From the NCBI GenBank assembly GCA_052426225.1, contig JBNJNM010000009.1, positions 124,001 to 188,000 of the forward strand: a stretch of 64,000 bases of DNA, read 5' to 3'. Below the pieces are notes generated by a model, which saw only the letters and a program-made list of their open reading frames with translations, had not been told where the DNA came from and did not search any database. The DNA comes from Zancudomyces culisetae HAW-14-8 (Eukaryota > Fungi > Kickxellomycota). Of this stretch, positions 1 to 13,897 are shown piece after piece. The stretch's first letter is position 1; every line of letters begins with the position of its first letter. The position numbers were made by a program, and so were the translations under genes.

Positions 1-1803
1 AATAGTGATGCTTTTAGGTACTGGGGATAAAGAGACAAAAAAGTCACCAACATACAATATATCGGGAATGGATTGGTATTATCATGAATTGGCAAAAAAT
101 ACCACATCCCTAGGACAGCCTTTAGTTCCAGAAGTACTACCGGTTGATATCGATACACCATCACATGTAAAAAGTTTCACTTCAAGTGTTGGGGAAACCT
201 GGAAATTGGTATTTAGTGATGAATTCAATAGAGACGGACGTAGTTTTTTCCCAGGACATGATAAAGTTTGGTAAATAATATATTCATTGCATTATTTTTT
301 ATCCCTTTCCACATATGGCAAAAGGGTGTATAGCTACTAACTCTCCTCCAAAAAAAAAAAAAAGCTAAAAATTTAATGAAAATCGAATAGGGAAGCACAA
401 GAACTGTGGTATTGGGCGACGGAAAATTTAGAGTACTTAGATCCTGAGCAAATAACAACAAAAAATGGAAGTTTAGTCGTTAGGTTGGATAATGAGGCAA
501 CCAAGCCGGGGTTAAATTACACTTCTGGAATGATAACGAGTTGGAATAAGCTCTGCTTTCAGGGCGGGTATCTTGAAGTAAACGTTTCGTTTCCAAGCCC
601 GGGGAATGCGGTAGGATACTGGCCTGCTGTTTGGACACTCGGAAATCTAGCAAGACCGGGGTATGGTGCAAGTACGGATGGAACGTAAGTATATATTATT
701 TCTATAAGTGCATTTAGTTGTTTATGTATTGTTTATACGTGCTATACAGCAGAGTGTGGGGGAGGGGGAGGGGGGGGTGTCATGTTTTGACAATAGCAGA
801 GAGAAAGCAGAATAAAATATAGAAATAAAAACTGGGTGTCTAATGTAAATAGATGGCCATACTCATATAACACATGTGATGAGGGTGTTCTAGTGAACCA
901 AACTAATCGTTTTCTATCTGCGCTTTCTGGTCAGAGATTAAATGCCTGTGTGTGTAAAGGCGACCACCCAAGTCCTGGAATTGGAAGGGGTGCCCCTGAA
1001 ATTGATATTTTTGAGGCAACTGTTCATGATGGGTACCCCGTCCTCTCAATGAGTAACCAAGTTGCGCCATTCGACTATCACTACAAATCTAAGACTGAAT
1101 TCAACACATACTACAACCCCGGAAAAAACACACCCGGAACTACCATGAAAAACGATTATGTGGGTTCAGTGTATCAACAGTGCTCCTCAGCACTGCACTA
1201 TATTTCACCATCGGTCAGTGGAGGACGAAAATTTCAAACATTTGGTATTGAGTATAGGTCAGGACCAGATGGGTATATAGTGTGGTATTCAGATGGAACC
1301 CCAGTATGGAGATTTGATGCAAGGTCCGTGGGACCAAACCCATTATCAAAAATTGGCCAGCGAGTAGTTCCTGAAGAACCAATGGTAAGTACCAGATTGT
1401 TTGCCTCAGGTTATGTATATGTTTATGTACGTAGTTTTGACTTGATATATATGCGGGGAGCGGTTCAGATGTAGCCAAACATCATGTGTAATATTTATCA
1501 ACATACACATTTTAATCATGTAAAATTAATAAATAGCAAATGATTATCAATTTGGGAATCTCGAATAGCTTTGGTGTTTTAGATCTTGAAAAGATGATAT
1601 TTCCTGCAGAATTGCATGTAGATTATATACGACTGTACCAACACCCGGATAGAATAAGGCTATCATGTGACCCACCTGATCGTCCAACTGCGCAATACAT
1701 TCTTGACCATCCCCGAGCGTATTACAACAAGGATCTTGTTAACTGGGCAAGCGCGGGTTATGGACTGCCCCATTATGAGCTCGGCGCAAAATGCAAAGTA
1801 TAG
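1..1803 (+). CDS. KRE6: KRE6/SKN1-family beta-glucan synthesis-associated protein (GH16-like), 5'-truncated; exons <1-270, 391-684, 853-1384, 1537-1803
   Basis: Motifs [73 protein letters not shown], PEEPM and VDYIRLYQ. GT-AG introns 271-390, 685-852 and 1385-1536 join the ORF pieces in frame. Confidence 0.92.
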
Positions 1804-2967
1804 TAAATGAGGATTATGGCTTATAGAGCATAATCATTTTTTTACGATTGGCAATTCTATATAGCTATGTGTACGCAATATGGTTGCGAATTGGGGGTTA
1901 GACTTAAAAATAGAACTAAATAATAATATATGCAGCTGCATCCCCCCTGCTTTAATAAAGTGATATTAATAGAGTGTAGCTATGTTGGCAGATAATAGTT
2001 TAATTGCTCAGGAGGCTTTTAAGTGGTTTTAACTAAAATACATTGGAACTATAAGTAATCAAAGAAAGGTAAACTTTATTGGAATCAGTAACCAGTAGAA
2101 GTTGCCCCAAACAACTTATGAACTGTTGCCCATTTGTGAAACCATCGGTGTTTGATATGGCGGCATTCAGACCAATTTATACTGATGCGTTATCTGATTA
2201 AATATTACTGTAACATGACACTCAAAAAATAAAGTGGTGCAATGTAATGATACGATTTATCTGTTGCTGCGGATCAACTGTTCTTGAATTTGATATGCTA
2301 GATAGTGGAGTGTGGTATATTGCACATACCCAATTGAGATAACTTGGTTTTATTGCAACTTCCTTAAATGTGTATGCACTAAAACCGCGGAGTTTATACA
2401 TTTCTTTATTGGGTTACTTGTGAATTAGCGTCTAAATAGCAACTCAACTGGGGCTTTAATATCTCCGTTTTTATTTGCAGAAATCTAAAAAGTAAACAAG
2501 CATAAAAGGAAACAATGCTTTGCGTGTAATTGAGTATTGTAGAAAAACCGGCCAGTGAGGTGGCTAGATTCACGCTTTATACATTCTTGTTGACATTCTT
2601 AGATATTAATAACCGTTTTTAGATAGAGCCAATGGGGTTTAATAGGCTACGCAATTAGAAATACAAAAGAGAAAAAAATGTAAAAGATACAACGTTTCAT
2701 TTGAGAGAAAAAGACATGCAAAGAAACAAAACGAATGGCAATGGAGCAGAGTTTAGGGGATGTTTCTGTTCGTGATCAGTATTTTTCACCAATAGGTTGA
2801 GAGGGGGGGAGTCAAAAATGGGTTAATAGTGTGATGATTGCAGATGAACCCAACAACATGACATGCAAATCAATCAACAGAAACACATATTTTATAAAGC
2901 TATTACTAATCAAGTTGCTCAAACTTTTATTTCATTCCGACGAAAGCAAGCGCAAAAAATGCTTTGT

Positions 2968-3110
2968 CGCGAAATTTAACGCATATACTACCATTTCATT
3001 TGCCAGCTCAAAGAAAATCTCCATAAACTTTACAAAATAAAAAACAAAAGCTCCGTTTTTTTTAAAGAATAGCAAAAACAAAAAGTGTATTAAATACTAA
3101 ACGAACGCGT
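2968..3110 (+). promoter_or_regulatory. Possible G1/S cell-cycle boxes upstream of RNR2 (CGCGAAA at 2968-2974, ACGCGT at 3105-3110)
   Basis: Exact SCB/E2F-like and MCB-like words 600-750 bp upstream of a ribonucleotide reductase gene in AT-rich DNA. They are short and could be chance. Confidence 0.3.
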
Positions 3111-3716
3111 TTTATTGGAGATAGTTATAGTGCAATAAATATGCTGAGCGAGTTGCGTTAGCTAGCTATTTGTATCTGATAATTACCGAGAATTAAATTA
3201 TTATTTTTTTCACTGATGTAATTTAGCCCAACAATCTTGAAAGAATGACACGAATTTACAAGAAAAAATCATGCAAGATTTAGTTATTAGAAATCCTATC
3301 AATAATATTATTGGTCTGAATCTGCGTTTTCTTTTCATACAAAAGACGCAAGGGAGGGGGTTAGTAATTTACATTTTATGAGCTATTCCAATTAAAATCA
3401 AGAAAGTGCTCCTTTTGTATTTATTTCCTGTTTTTGCATTTCATTTTCACACCTAAAACTAGCTTATTATCTTTGCCAACCTTTTTATCACGTTAAATTC
3501 AAAAGAAAAATTTTTATCAAATAATTAATATACTAAATAAATAACTACCACCTTCTATATAAAGCCAAGGTATTTTCCAATTTCTTTCACCGACTAGGAA
3601 CATACAAACAAAAAGCTTACTCCGCTACAACCAAAAACGTAAGGAATAGTATTCTCTGTATCAAAGTAAAGACTGAGCCAAAAAAAAAGGAAAACACATT
3701 CACTGATTTAGACAAT

Positions 3717-4808
3717 ATGAGTTTGGATAGCATGATTGTTGATGAATATGACATTGAGCTTGATCCTAAGCGTGCTCCAGCCAAGCCTTCGAAGGAAATG
3801 GAAGTTAAGCTAGCTGATCAGCAGGAAGAGCTTCTCAAGCCAAACCCCAACAGATTTGTGATGTTTCCAATCAAATACACTGAGATTTGGAACATGTACA
3901 AAAAGGCCGAAGCATCGTTCTGGACTGCCGAAGAGGTTGATCTAGCACATGATATTGAGCACTGGGAAAACAAACTCAATGACAATGAAAGATATTTTAT
4001 CAAACACATTCTGGCCTTTTTTGCAGCCTCAGACGGAATAGTGAATGAAAATCTTGTTTTTAACTTTGGTAAAGAGGTTCAGATACCAGAAGCACGTAGC
4101 TTCTACGGATTCCAAATTATGATGGAGAATATCCACAGTGAAATGTACTCACTCTTGATAGACACATACATTAAGGATGAAGCAGAAAAGAGCTACCTTT
4201 TCAACGCAGTTGAAAACATTCCCTGTATCAGACGCAAAGCCCAATGGGCATTAAAATGGATAGAAGATAAGGAGGCCAGCTTTGGAGAGCGTCTTGCTGC
4301 ATTCGCTGTAATCGAGGGTGTCTTTTTTTCAGGCTCCTTTGCTGCCATCTTCTGGTTGAAGAAGAGAGGGCTCATGCCAGGCCTTACATTCTCAAACGAA
4401 CTTATCTGTAGGGACGAGGGTCTTCACACAGATTTTGGATGTCTGTTGTTTAGGTACCTGCAAAGAAAACCATCAGAGGAAAAAATCTTGAGCATTGTCA
4501 CAGAAGCCGTTAGCATTGAACAAGAGTTTTTAACAGATGCATTGCCAGTCTCGCTTATTGGAATGAACCAAGTGCTCATGTGTCAATACATTGAATTTGT
4601 TGCCGATAGACTGCTAGTTGAACTTGGGTTGAACAAACACTACAACACAACCAACCCATTCAGCTTTATGGATATGATTTCAATGCAGGGCAAAACCAAC
4701 TTCTTTGAGAAGAAGGTTTCAGATTACCAGAAGGCAGGTGTAATGATGAATAACAAGGGTGGTGTGGGATCCAGAGAGGGTGTCTTTGAGTTGTGTGAGG
4801 ATTTCTGA
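3717..4808 (+). CDS. RNR2: Ribonucleoside-diphosphate reductase small subunit (R2)
   Basis: Motifs [31 protein letters not shown] (radical Tyr), [16 protein letters not shown] and GKTNFFEK; intronless, 363 aa. Confidence 0.98.
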   Translation: MSLDSMIVDEYDIELDPKRAPAKPSKEMEVKLADQQEELLKPNPNRFVMFPIKYTEIWNMYKKAEASFWTAEEVDLAHDIEHWENKLNDNERYFIKHILAFFAASDGIVNENLVFNFGKEVQIPEARSFYGFQIMMENIHSEMYSLLIDTYIKDEAEKSYLFNAVENIPCIRRKAQWALKWIEDKEASFGERLAAFAVIEGVFFSGSFAAIFWLKKRGLMPGLTFSNELICRDEGLHTDFGCLLFRYLQRKPSEEKILSIVTEAVSIEQEFLTDALPVSLIGMNQVLMCQYIEFVADRLLVELGLNKHYNTTNPFSFMDMISMQGKTNFFEKKVSDYQKAGVMMNNKGGVGSREGVFELCEDF

Positions 4809-6297
4809 TCCCGATGCTCAGCCTGTCGCATTTAACCTAGATTGAAGTTTGATAAAAACGCATTATCCCAATATCTTATGCATGTTGGTTTTTATTTCCT
4901 GAGTATATCACAGTTTTTACTAGCTCTCTATGGCTACATAGTTGTATTATAATTCCAATAAACGTATTAAATTAACTCGTCGGCTCCCAAATTTAGTTTG
5001 AATATGAAAAAAAAATGCTGGAATAGGAAATACATGATTATACAGAATTATTCTTATACCCTACAACATGATCAGGCCATACTTGACATTAGCATTATAT
5101 TTTATTAGACTCATTTTGTTGAGCTCACTATTTTGTTTTTCACACTGCAAAAGCGTTTCCATTTCAATAGGAAATCGAAGGGGTCGATCAATCTCTTTAT
5201 GCACCACACTATGGTTGTCATATATAAGTAGCAAAGCTGTGGATGGCTAGCTAATATCCCCTCCCGCCTTACCAATTTGCTGGTTTATATCCACTTTCTA
5301 TTTCAGTGTATCACTCAAGACAAATAAATAGGATACTAAAGCTCACTATACAGCCGTGCTATTTTAAACATCCTCAGCACTCCACTCACACCCGATCCAC
5401 GCAATTTTAACCACGACTATTTTAGCTTTTTCTTTTTTTTAGTTGCATATGTCGAGATATACTGCTACCCCAGCTAAGAGTAAACTCCGAGTTTTTCCCG
5501 GGTATTAAAATTACTAACCACCACTCGGATATCTTTTTTAATAAAGTTTTTGATTACCAACATTTTCTGTAAGGCAGCCATAATTTTATTTTTTGGTGCC
5601 ATATATTTGGAGGCATTAAAGCCTGCACAAAAGAATTGAAAAACAGAAAAGTCATGAACGTGGATTTTCCGAAATCGAAACCAACAAACCGAGTAATTTT
5701 CCTAGGCTAATTTGCGGCATTACATTTGACTGAGCTAAGCGAATAAAAATCTCTCTTTTTTTTCAATAGCAAGTATCTAGCTGCCTGATTGTCTTTGTTT
5801 ACCATCTCTACCATTGTTTACTGCAAAAAAAAAAAATTTCCTGTAAACTGCGTGTATTTAGAGAGACCTATCGTGAAAATATATGGTTTTCACATTCACC
5901 CAAAATAATTTGCACAATCATTCGAAGTTTACTATAAAGCTATCAAAGCCGCAAACGAATAACAATAGAGTAAATACCCAATATATAAAAATCGAAATAA
6001 AACCACACCATAGGCGCTAATCAGCACTAACTTGAGTGCAATTTTTGTCATCAGACTTTTTTTTCCATGCCAAATACCAGGAATTAAGTTTTTTTTATAG
6101 TTCCTCTTTTAAATATTTACCACAAAAGCTTCTTTTAGTTTTTAAGTATTGGCAAATAGATATAAAGGCCAATTCCAATCCTAGTCCAAATCCAAATCTA
6201 ATACCAATCGCTTATCGAAACACTCAACAACCTGTAAGATAATACACCTCAAGATCAACAGAGAAAAATAGTGTATAGAAAAGTAAAATCAATTAAA

Positions 6298-7353
6298 ATG
6301 GCAGCAGCTTTGGCACAATCCAAATTATCTTTGTTTTTAGAATCTTTCCAAATAATAGGAAACGCCGCTGAGAAAATTCCAGCAGGATACACCCCAACAT
6401 GGTACGAAGTCAAATGGCTATCTTTATTCGAAGGGCGTAACGAAGCCCTTGTTTTTGGATTGGTAGCCTTTTTCCACCACTTGGTATTTTATTATGGCAG
6501 GTATCTGCCCTACTATATTGCAGATTATATTCCAGCCCTGCAAAAGTACAGATTGCAACCAGTAAGTTTAGCTACTTGACTTTTAGAATTTTGAGTTCTC
6601 CTTTGAACCCCCCCTCCCCCTTACTAACCAACCTTTTTGTGCGACACCCTATTTAATTCGAATGTCTTGTCATATCATTGATAGAACAAAGTTTCAAGTG
6701 ATAAAATGTGGTGGCATTGCTTTACATCGCTGCTAAAGAGCCAGCTGCTTGTCCAGCTACCTATGATGATGATGTTTTACCCAGCAGCAAGAGTCATTGG
6801 TTTTACTATGTCAGTACCGTTCCCGTCATTGGTGACAGTGGCATATCAATGCGTCATTTTCCTGTTTGTAGAAGATTTTTATCACTACTGGGTTCACCGC
6901 TTGATGCATCAAAAAGACCTGTACAAGAGGATTCATAAAGTTCATCACGAGTACACTGCACCTTTTGGAATCACAGCCGAATATGCCCATCCACTTGAAA
7001 CAGTAATACTGGGCCAAGGAACTATCGGTGGACCAATTCTCTACTCGTATATAGCCACCTCTATGGGTGCCACTGAGGGTGTACACGTTGTTACAATGCT
7101 TGTATGGATCTCTGTGAGACTATTCCAAACAATCGAAGCACACTGCGGATACGATTTCCCATGGGCACTGAGCAACTGGTTTCCACTATGGGCGGGTGCT
7201 GACCACCACGACTACCACCATATGGAATTTGTGAACAACTTTGCAAGTACTTTTAGATATTTAGATAGAATCTTTGGCACCGACAAGAGCTATCAAAGGT
7301 ATTACAAGAAGCGCACGCAGAATGAACAGAATAGTGACAAAAAACACGATTAA
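6298..7353 (+). CDS. ERG25: Sterol C4-methyl oxidase (ERG25-like), copy A; exons 6298-6561, 6685-7353
   Basis: His boxes HYWVH, HKVHH and HHDYHH, plus AEYAHPLE and GYDFPW. A phase-0 GTAAGT..TAG intron at 6562-6684 with a CTAAC branch point joins the two ORFs. Confidence 0.93.
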
Positions 7354-8892
7354 GTTAGATTTTTGGTGGTTTGTGCCGTACTAACTTTTGTTCTACTTTA
7401 TCATTAGATCTATACTATTCTTTACTTGACATATTCCCAGTTTTACGTATAAATCACCTCTAGTTTATATCTAACTTTTTGCCTTATGTCATCGCTATCA
7501 TGTTTTTTTAAAAAAAAAAAATAAACATCACGACTTACTTTACATAAGGTCTAGAGTCGAGTAGCAAACAAGATGTATGCTCTTGGGTTGGAAAGACATG
7601 AGTGCGAATAAATGTAAAATAGTTTCAAGTGTTTCTTATATCGGTATTTTAGTGCGTTTCTGAGGTAAAGTTTAGATCTAGGAGGCTGTGTTTTAGTATA
7701 GCTTAATTCCGCGAAAAGTAGTGAGTATCGTAAAAAGCAGCATCAAAACAAAAATTATATATCTCTACTGCCATCTTTTGGTTGGATCACCGAATATAAC
7801 GGTGATTTTAAAAGTGTGACACTCAAACACTCGCAACAACTTCAAGTTTGAAGTAATCCCCTTACACAAAATCGAGCAGAACTATTGTAAATCTACTACC
7901 AATTACATCCTATATGTTATTGAGGCTGTCATTTTTCAATACTGGATATCAGTGCTTTCAATGCCTGACTGCCCCCTCCCCATCAAAGAAAAGTACTTTT
8001 CGATGATTTGAGACTGATAGTATACGATAATGTGTACAATTTTTCAGGTTCTAGAACCAAGTTGTCTAGCAGAAAGCTAGATATGTAACAAGACTGTAGT
8101 ATTATGTTAGTAGTACCCAATGACAGTACACCCTGGCTCAATTACATAGCTAACATCTGAAACGATACCTATACAGCACTTTAACCCTAAGTAATGTGAG
8201 AAAATCTTCTGTATATTCTTTCCGGAAAATTTTTTTTTTTGGGGATTCTAAATTTGGCAGTTAAAACTTCAAACACCTGAAACATTCAAATTCAAATCTA
8301 CTGCTTGGTACTTTAACTAAATACTATCCAATCAGATGTTTACTTTATTAAATTGTTTAATAAGTTGGACTGTATTTTTTTTACAGATTATACACAGATT
8401 GATTATTTTTAGAAACCGGTTTAGAGCTTGGGATTATTTTGTTTCCATCAAATCCAACTAAAATATACATTTGTAATACAAGCAAAAGAATTAGATGGAT
8501 AAGCTATCTTATTAATCAACTAAATCGAGTTACCCAGAACAAAAAATATAACAAATTCCACTAATTATAATAGTGAAATATAATATAACATTTTTAACGG
8601 CGAATCAAATCGCTTCGGCGGTGCAAGTAAATATGGCTTTCTTGTTGATTGAATTGACCTTGAATTCAATATAAAAATGCATGAAGGGATGTCAAAAAAA
8701 AAACAAGTGCAACACATCACTCACTTTATAACACAGATAATCCATTTTCTCTTTTGCTTAGCATTGTCACATACAACGTATACACCTAATATACACAGCG
8801 TACTACGTATTGACTTGTGCAGTATTTACACATTGTAATAAATACTCATTTCAACAAGAAAAAAAAAGAAAAAGCAAAAACTATATTTAAAA

Positions 8893-9834
8893 ATGAACAG
8901 TGTTTTCTCTTCCCTGATCAGTATAGGCGCATACATGGAACGCTTCCACACGGTTGGTAATGCTGCTGATAGGATGCCTATAGGATATACACCAACATGG
9001 TATGAAAAATCTTGGTTGTCTATATTCGAGGGACGAAATGAAGCTGTGGCTTATGGAGTACTGATCTTTGTTTTCCATATTTCGCTTTATTTTTTGAGCT
9101 ACTCAGTACAATGTATCTTTGAAAGCATACCTGCATTACGAAAATATAAACTACAACAGACTGTGCATGTAACAAATGAAGAATGGTGGACAGGTGTGCG
9201 CAGATTCTTGGCAAATATGTTTTTTATCCGATTTCCAACAATCATGCTATTTTTTCCTTTGGCTGAAGCTCTGAATTTTGATCTATCTGTTCCATTCCCG
9301 CCAATTTATGTTATATTACTCCAAACTTTTATATTCATGCTCTCGGATGATTTCTGGCACTACTGGATTCATCGGTTAATGCACATGGGTTTTTTATACC
9401 AGCGGATTCATAAAGTTCATCATGAATACACCGTACCTTTTGGACTAATAGGTGATTATTCGCACCCAATCGAATCAATTATTTTGGCTCTTACCGCGAT
9501 TACTGGTCCAGTTATGTATTCATGGTTGGCCACTTATACAGGTTCTTTTAAGGGTGCACATGTAATCGCGATTTTTTCGTGGATTGCAGTGAAAACACTT
9601 GAATCTCTTGAAGTACACACAGGATATGATTTCCCATGGTCACTGAACAACTGGATCCCAATCTGGGCAGGTGCTGACCACCACGACTATCATCACATGG
9701 AATTTCTTAACAACTTTGCAAGTATATTTAGACATATGGATTATATTTTCGGAACAGATAAATTATACCGAGAACACCATAAGAAGCGAAAGCAACTGGA
9801 GCTGGAAAAGGATCAAAAGGATAAAAAAGAATAG
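8893..9834 (+). CDS. ERG25: Sterol C4-methyl oxidase (ERG25-like), copy B, intronless tandem paralog
   Basis: Same His boxes (HYWIH, HKVHH, HHDYHH) and GYDFPW. Colinear with copy A, e.g. GNAA..P.GYTPTWYE..WLS.FEGRNEA. Confidence 0.9.
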   Translation: MNSVFSSLISIGAYMERFHTVGNAADRMPIGYTPTWYEKSWLSIFEGRNEAVAYGVLIFVFHISLYFLSYSVQCIFESIPALRKYKLQQTVHVTNEEWWTGVRRFLANMFFIRFPTIMLFFPLAEALNFDLSVPFPPIYVILLQTFIFMLSDDFWHYWIHRLMHMGFLYQRIHKVHHEYTVPFGLIGDYSHPIESIILALTAITGPVMYSWLATYTGSFKGAHVIAIFSWIAVKTLESLEVHTGYDFPWSLNNWIPIWAGADHHDYHHMEFLNNFASIFRHMDYIFGTDKLYREHHKKRKQLELEKDQKDKKE

Positions 9835-11571
9835 AATTATTAACTGTATATTTTCTACTTATAATCGATCAATTTTGGACTCACTAACTTTCAAATAAAC
9901 TCATACATTTGTGTTTTATTCAATACATCTTGCAATTTTTCCCTATTTTAAATCAGATTTAAGCAAAGATATTATATTATGTTTACAAAAATAAACTCGC
10001 TAGTGGAGCATTAACATTTACATACTTTTCAATAATATCATTTTCAAAACATACCAATCTCACTGTGGTGTAATAAAAAGTTGAGAACATAATATACCAA
10101 ATAAGTTGTATAGTCGGTTGTTTTGATCATTGGGTATATTGTTTCAGTAGGATAGGGTTTAATTAAGAACAAGAAAAAAAATTTTTTTTGGGAGGGGAAG
10201 TTGTTAGAATGTGGAGGCAATTCAATTTATACCAACTTAAAGGGAAAGCCAAGAAACCTGAATGAAAACATGTTCGCTTAATGGATAAAGCCAAGAAACC
10301 CGTGACCTTTTTGGTGTCAATGTTTAAGTGTATAAAATAGTTTCAACACTGGACAGTAGTACTTGAGAACCCAAAAGGGCTGTAATGTATTACTCTGTCT
10401 TTCTTTTGGTACACGCGTAAAATACCAAAAATTTGGTCTATTGGGGATTGGGGATTGGGGATTGGGGGAATGTCATTTTATATTGAAACCAAATCCCAAA
10501 ATGAGGACATTCTATAAGCTTTCAAAATATCTTGTTTTATTATTGTTCATGACAAACATGGGCAGGAGGTACAAATTGAACACTCAGACTCCAATATACT
10601 ATACACCAGTAGGATTGCTATTAGGCGTTAGAAACAGTTGGGAATTTAGTAAATCTTGTTTGGCAGTGTATTTTCTTTTGGGTAATACAGATCAAGATGG
10701 AAACAAAAAACCGACGCAAATGTAGGATGGTGCTTTTTCTTTTTTGGGTTTCTTAAGCGCTCCAAACGAGAAAAGATATATTGTTTAATCGGTTCTAGTT
10801 ATACAGTTGTGTGTCAGTGATTGATTTAAGGGTTTAAAGCAGCTACGTATAAAAAAAGTATAGGCGATATGGTTATTTGCTATTAAGCTTAATAAGCCGA
10901 GCTTTGAAAAACCAGTTTCTTTTAACAAAATAACGGGATTTTAGTAATATCCTATTTTTTTAAAGCCTAAAAACAAATAACCAAGACAAATTAGTCCAAT
11001 TAACTTCAATAACGATGAAAAAAAAATGTAAAAAACGGAAATAATATTATAAAAATGTCAAGTTGAATAAAGTAGCAGCTATTTATTTTCAAAAGATTAC
11101 AAAAATAGATATAATTAAGGGAAAAATGAAAACAATAGCAATTGATTAGCAATTCTTTAAATATTCCCAAAACTGCTCTCCTTCAAAAAAAACAGAAAGT
11201 AAAATCTGTTTTTAATCCTTAATAGTAATTTGTTCATTAAAGGTCATTTATCCACATTTCAATTTTAGTTTCAAAAGGACAAGAAAGCAAAAATTATACG
11301 CAATTAAATTCGTATCTGAAATATCTGCATTTATTCGGCAAAATACCAACAATAAGGAGTGTTTAATATTGTGTGTAAAGAATAAACATACAATATACTT
11401 TTACTTGTTATCTGAAACAGTCCCTCAAAGTACTTTTAAATTCTAAAAGGACAATCGATTTGAACTAGGAAACCTCCCATAGTTTGTAAATAAATCGAAA
11501 ATCGCAACAATAAAAAAACCCCCTACTTAAAAAGAATTTAGCACAAAAACTTAAAATCCGAGATATCCACG

Positions 11572-11707
11572 ATGAGCCGCGATAGATATAGGGAGCTACA
11601 GGTAATTCTTATCGATTTTAAACGATTATTTCTTTTTTTTATTTCCGAGTTGAATCTTCGCAACAAAGACAAAAACAAAATAAAACATTGAAGCCGACGA
11701 GGAAAAT

Positions 11708-11768
<61 letters not shown>

Positions 11769-12833
11769 CGCGGAAGTAAAAAAAAGTTTAAACTATCTTT
11801 AGCTCTTTTTATATGGTTTTAGTAGATTTTATAATCAATCATTTTTATGGACTAATTATAGGAGAGAAATAGAAATAATTACGAACAGCATGGAAATGAA
11901 ATGTCAATAGTGCAAATGAGAACCGAGGAAGCCGAGGTTTCGGATCTGGAATTCTTGGAAATGGTAATTCTAGTTTTAATATATGTAACTTGTAAAATGT
12001 GTATAAAAGTAAAAGAAGATCAAATATTAATTAAATGGAATGGTTAAAAAAATGTGTAAAAATAGAGCGATAAAATTAAAGGAGGATTTACACAAGCCAA
12101 TTCAATGATTCAACGACTAAATGCGCTTCATGAAAAGGTGATAAATTCCATTAATGACAGTTCATACAAAGATGTAGTAGCCGAGAGAGATGCACTGGAT
12201 CGCAAGACGATGAAGCTCATAGAGGCTATTAAGGCAGATCTGAAGCAAATGAATACTGCAGCAAACGATAGAAACCTGACAAAGAGTCAAAAGGCGACAA
12301 GACTTGGAAGACAACAGGGACTTACAAAGGGGCTCGGAGATGTTATCCAGAACTATCAACAGACAAAGCACCAGATGAGCCAGCGCAACCGGCAAAAGCT
12401 GAAAAGACAGTACATGATTGCAAATCCAGAGGCTACAAGTGAGGAGGCAGACGAAGCAATAGCTAGCGATAGGGCCGACAATGTATTTGCACAGAAAATA
12501 ATGAACAGTTCACGGGTTACCAATGCTAGAATGGTGTTGAGAGAAGTTGAGGAACGCCAAAAGGACATTGCTAGATTGGAAAGAACGATTGTGGAGCTGT
12601 CAGAAATGTTTAATGAGATTAACATGATGGTTGAAAAGCAACAGGAGATGATTGATGTGGTTGAGGCTGCTGCGGAGGAAACCAATGCAAATACTCAGTA
12701 TGCTGCAGTTGAGGTGGATAAGGCAATTGTATCCAGAAGGAGTTCTAGAAAGAAGCTGTGGTGTCTGTTTATCTTTTTCCTGATTGTTTTGATTGTTTTG
12801 GGGATAGTTTTGTACTTCCAACTCAGAAAGTAG
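11572..12833 (+). CDS. SSO1: Plasma-membrane syntaxin (Sso1/Psy1 type); exons 11572-11601, 11862-11963, 12066-12833
   Basis: N-peptide MSRDRYRELQ, Habc region, SNARE motif EVEERQKDIARLERTIVELSEMF..VEKQQEMID and a C-terminal TM helix. Two phase-0 GT-AG introns restore the frame. Confidence 0.9.
11711..11767. repeat. (GA)23 microsatellite followed by a G-run in syntaxin intron 1
   Basis: Read directly from the sequence. Confidence 0.95.
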
Positions 12834-13263
12834 TGATGAACAAACATGACTGAAGAAAAGAGCCTTTACATTTTATTTTACTCTATTTTATTTTAGACTT
12901 TTAGTGTTTAGGAAGCACAGTCAAGTTTGTATAAGACTGTAAGTTGATTGATTACTGGCATTAAAGATAATTACAAATAAATCAAAATGTCATGCTAGTA
13001 CTTATGGCAAAGTAAAAGCGATTGAAATGAAAAGATTCAACGATCCATGGCATGATTAAAAATAGAGAAATGGTAAGAACAGTGTTCGTGCTACATAGAG
13101 TGAGTTTATGACTGTACATTGAGATAAGGGATGTAGGGGTGTTTTATTTTGTTAATGGATCAAATGTTGTCAAAATGACTAACAACTGTGCTAATCAAAA
13201 AAAATAATGTAAATACAAAAAAATATATATATATAATTTTTCTAACAACTTGAAAAAAAACGC

Positions 13264-13336
13264 GCTCCCGTGGCCAAGTGGATACGGCGTCCGCCTCCTA
13301 AGCGGAAGATCCCGGGTTCGAATCCCGGCTGGAGTT
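13264..13336 (+). tRNA. tRNA-Arg (anticodon CCT)
   Basis: Cloverleaf: anticodon stem TCCGC/GCGGA with loop CT-CCT-AA, T arm CCGGG-TTCGAAT-CCCGG, acceptor GCTCCCG/CTGGAGT (one C.U mismatch). T-runs follow. Confidence 0.93.
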
Positions 13337-13897
13337 TGCTTTTTAATATTTTTTTAATTTTTGTTGACAAAGTGAAGAACTTGCAGGTAGGATGAATGAG
13401 AATGGCAAGTATTCTTTTTAGATTTTAACGTTTGTAATATTAAAGAGGTGGTAAAAGAGTATACTAGAGTGCATATATCGTGGGTGGAGGGGGGTTTTAT
13501 TTTTCTCGGAATATATTTTTTATGGTATAGAGTGATATGGTATTGTAATAAAAAATATTGGTATTATACAAAGTATTTTCTATTGATCAAATAATTTACA
13601 AATGAAAATATTTGTGAAAAAAAAAAAAAAAAATTTAAAATAAAAAGTTCAAATCTAAATGGATTAGATCGTTACCTGTGTTAAAAAACGAGCAAAAAAA
13701 AAAAATTTTTTTTTAATTTAGACGAATTGTATTTTTAGGGTATATATGTATTATATACATAAAAAATCTAAAAGTTGCGACAAGTTGGGAATAGAAAGAG
13801 TTTGGAATCAATAGTAAAATATAGAAGAGTAATAAAAAATATTGTAAATTGTGTAAATACGAAAAGATAAATTTAAAAAGGGCAAAATAAAAACAAG

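Noticed and set aside
8608-8622. C(UUCG)G tetraloop hairpin resembling the U6 snRNA 5' stem
   Set aside because: No downstream U6 core (ACAGAGA box); the stem is short enough to be chance.
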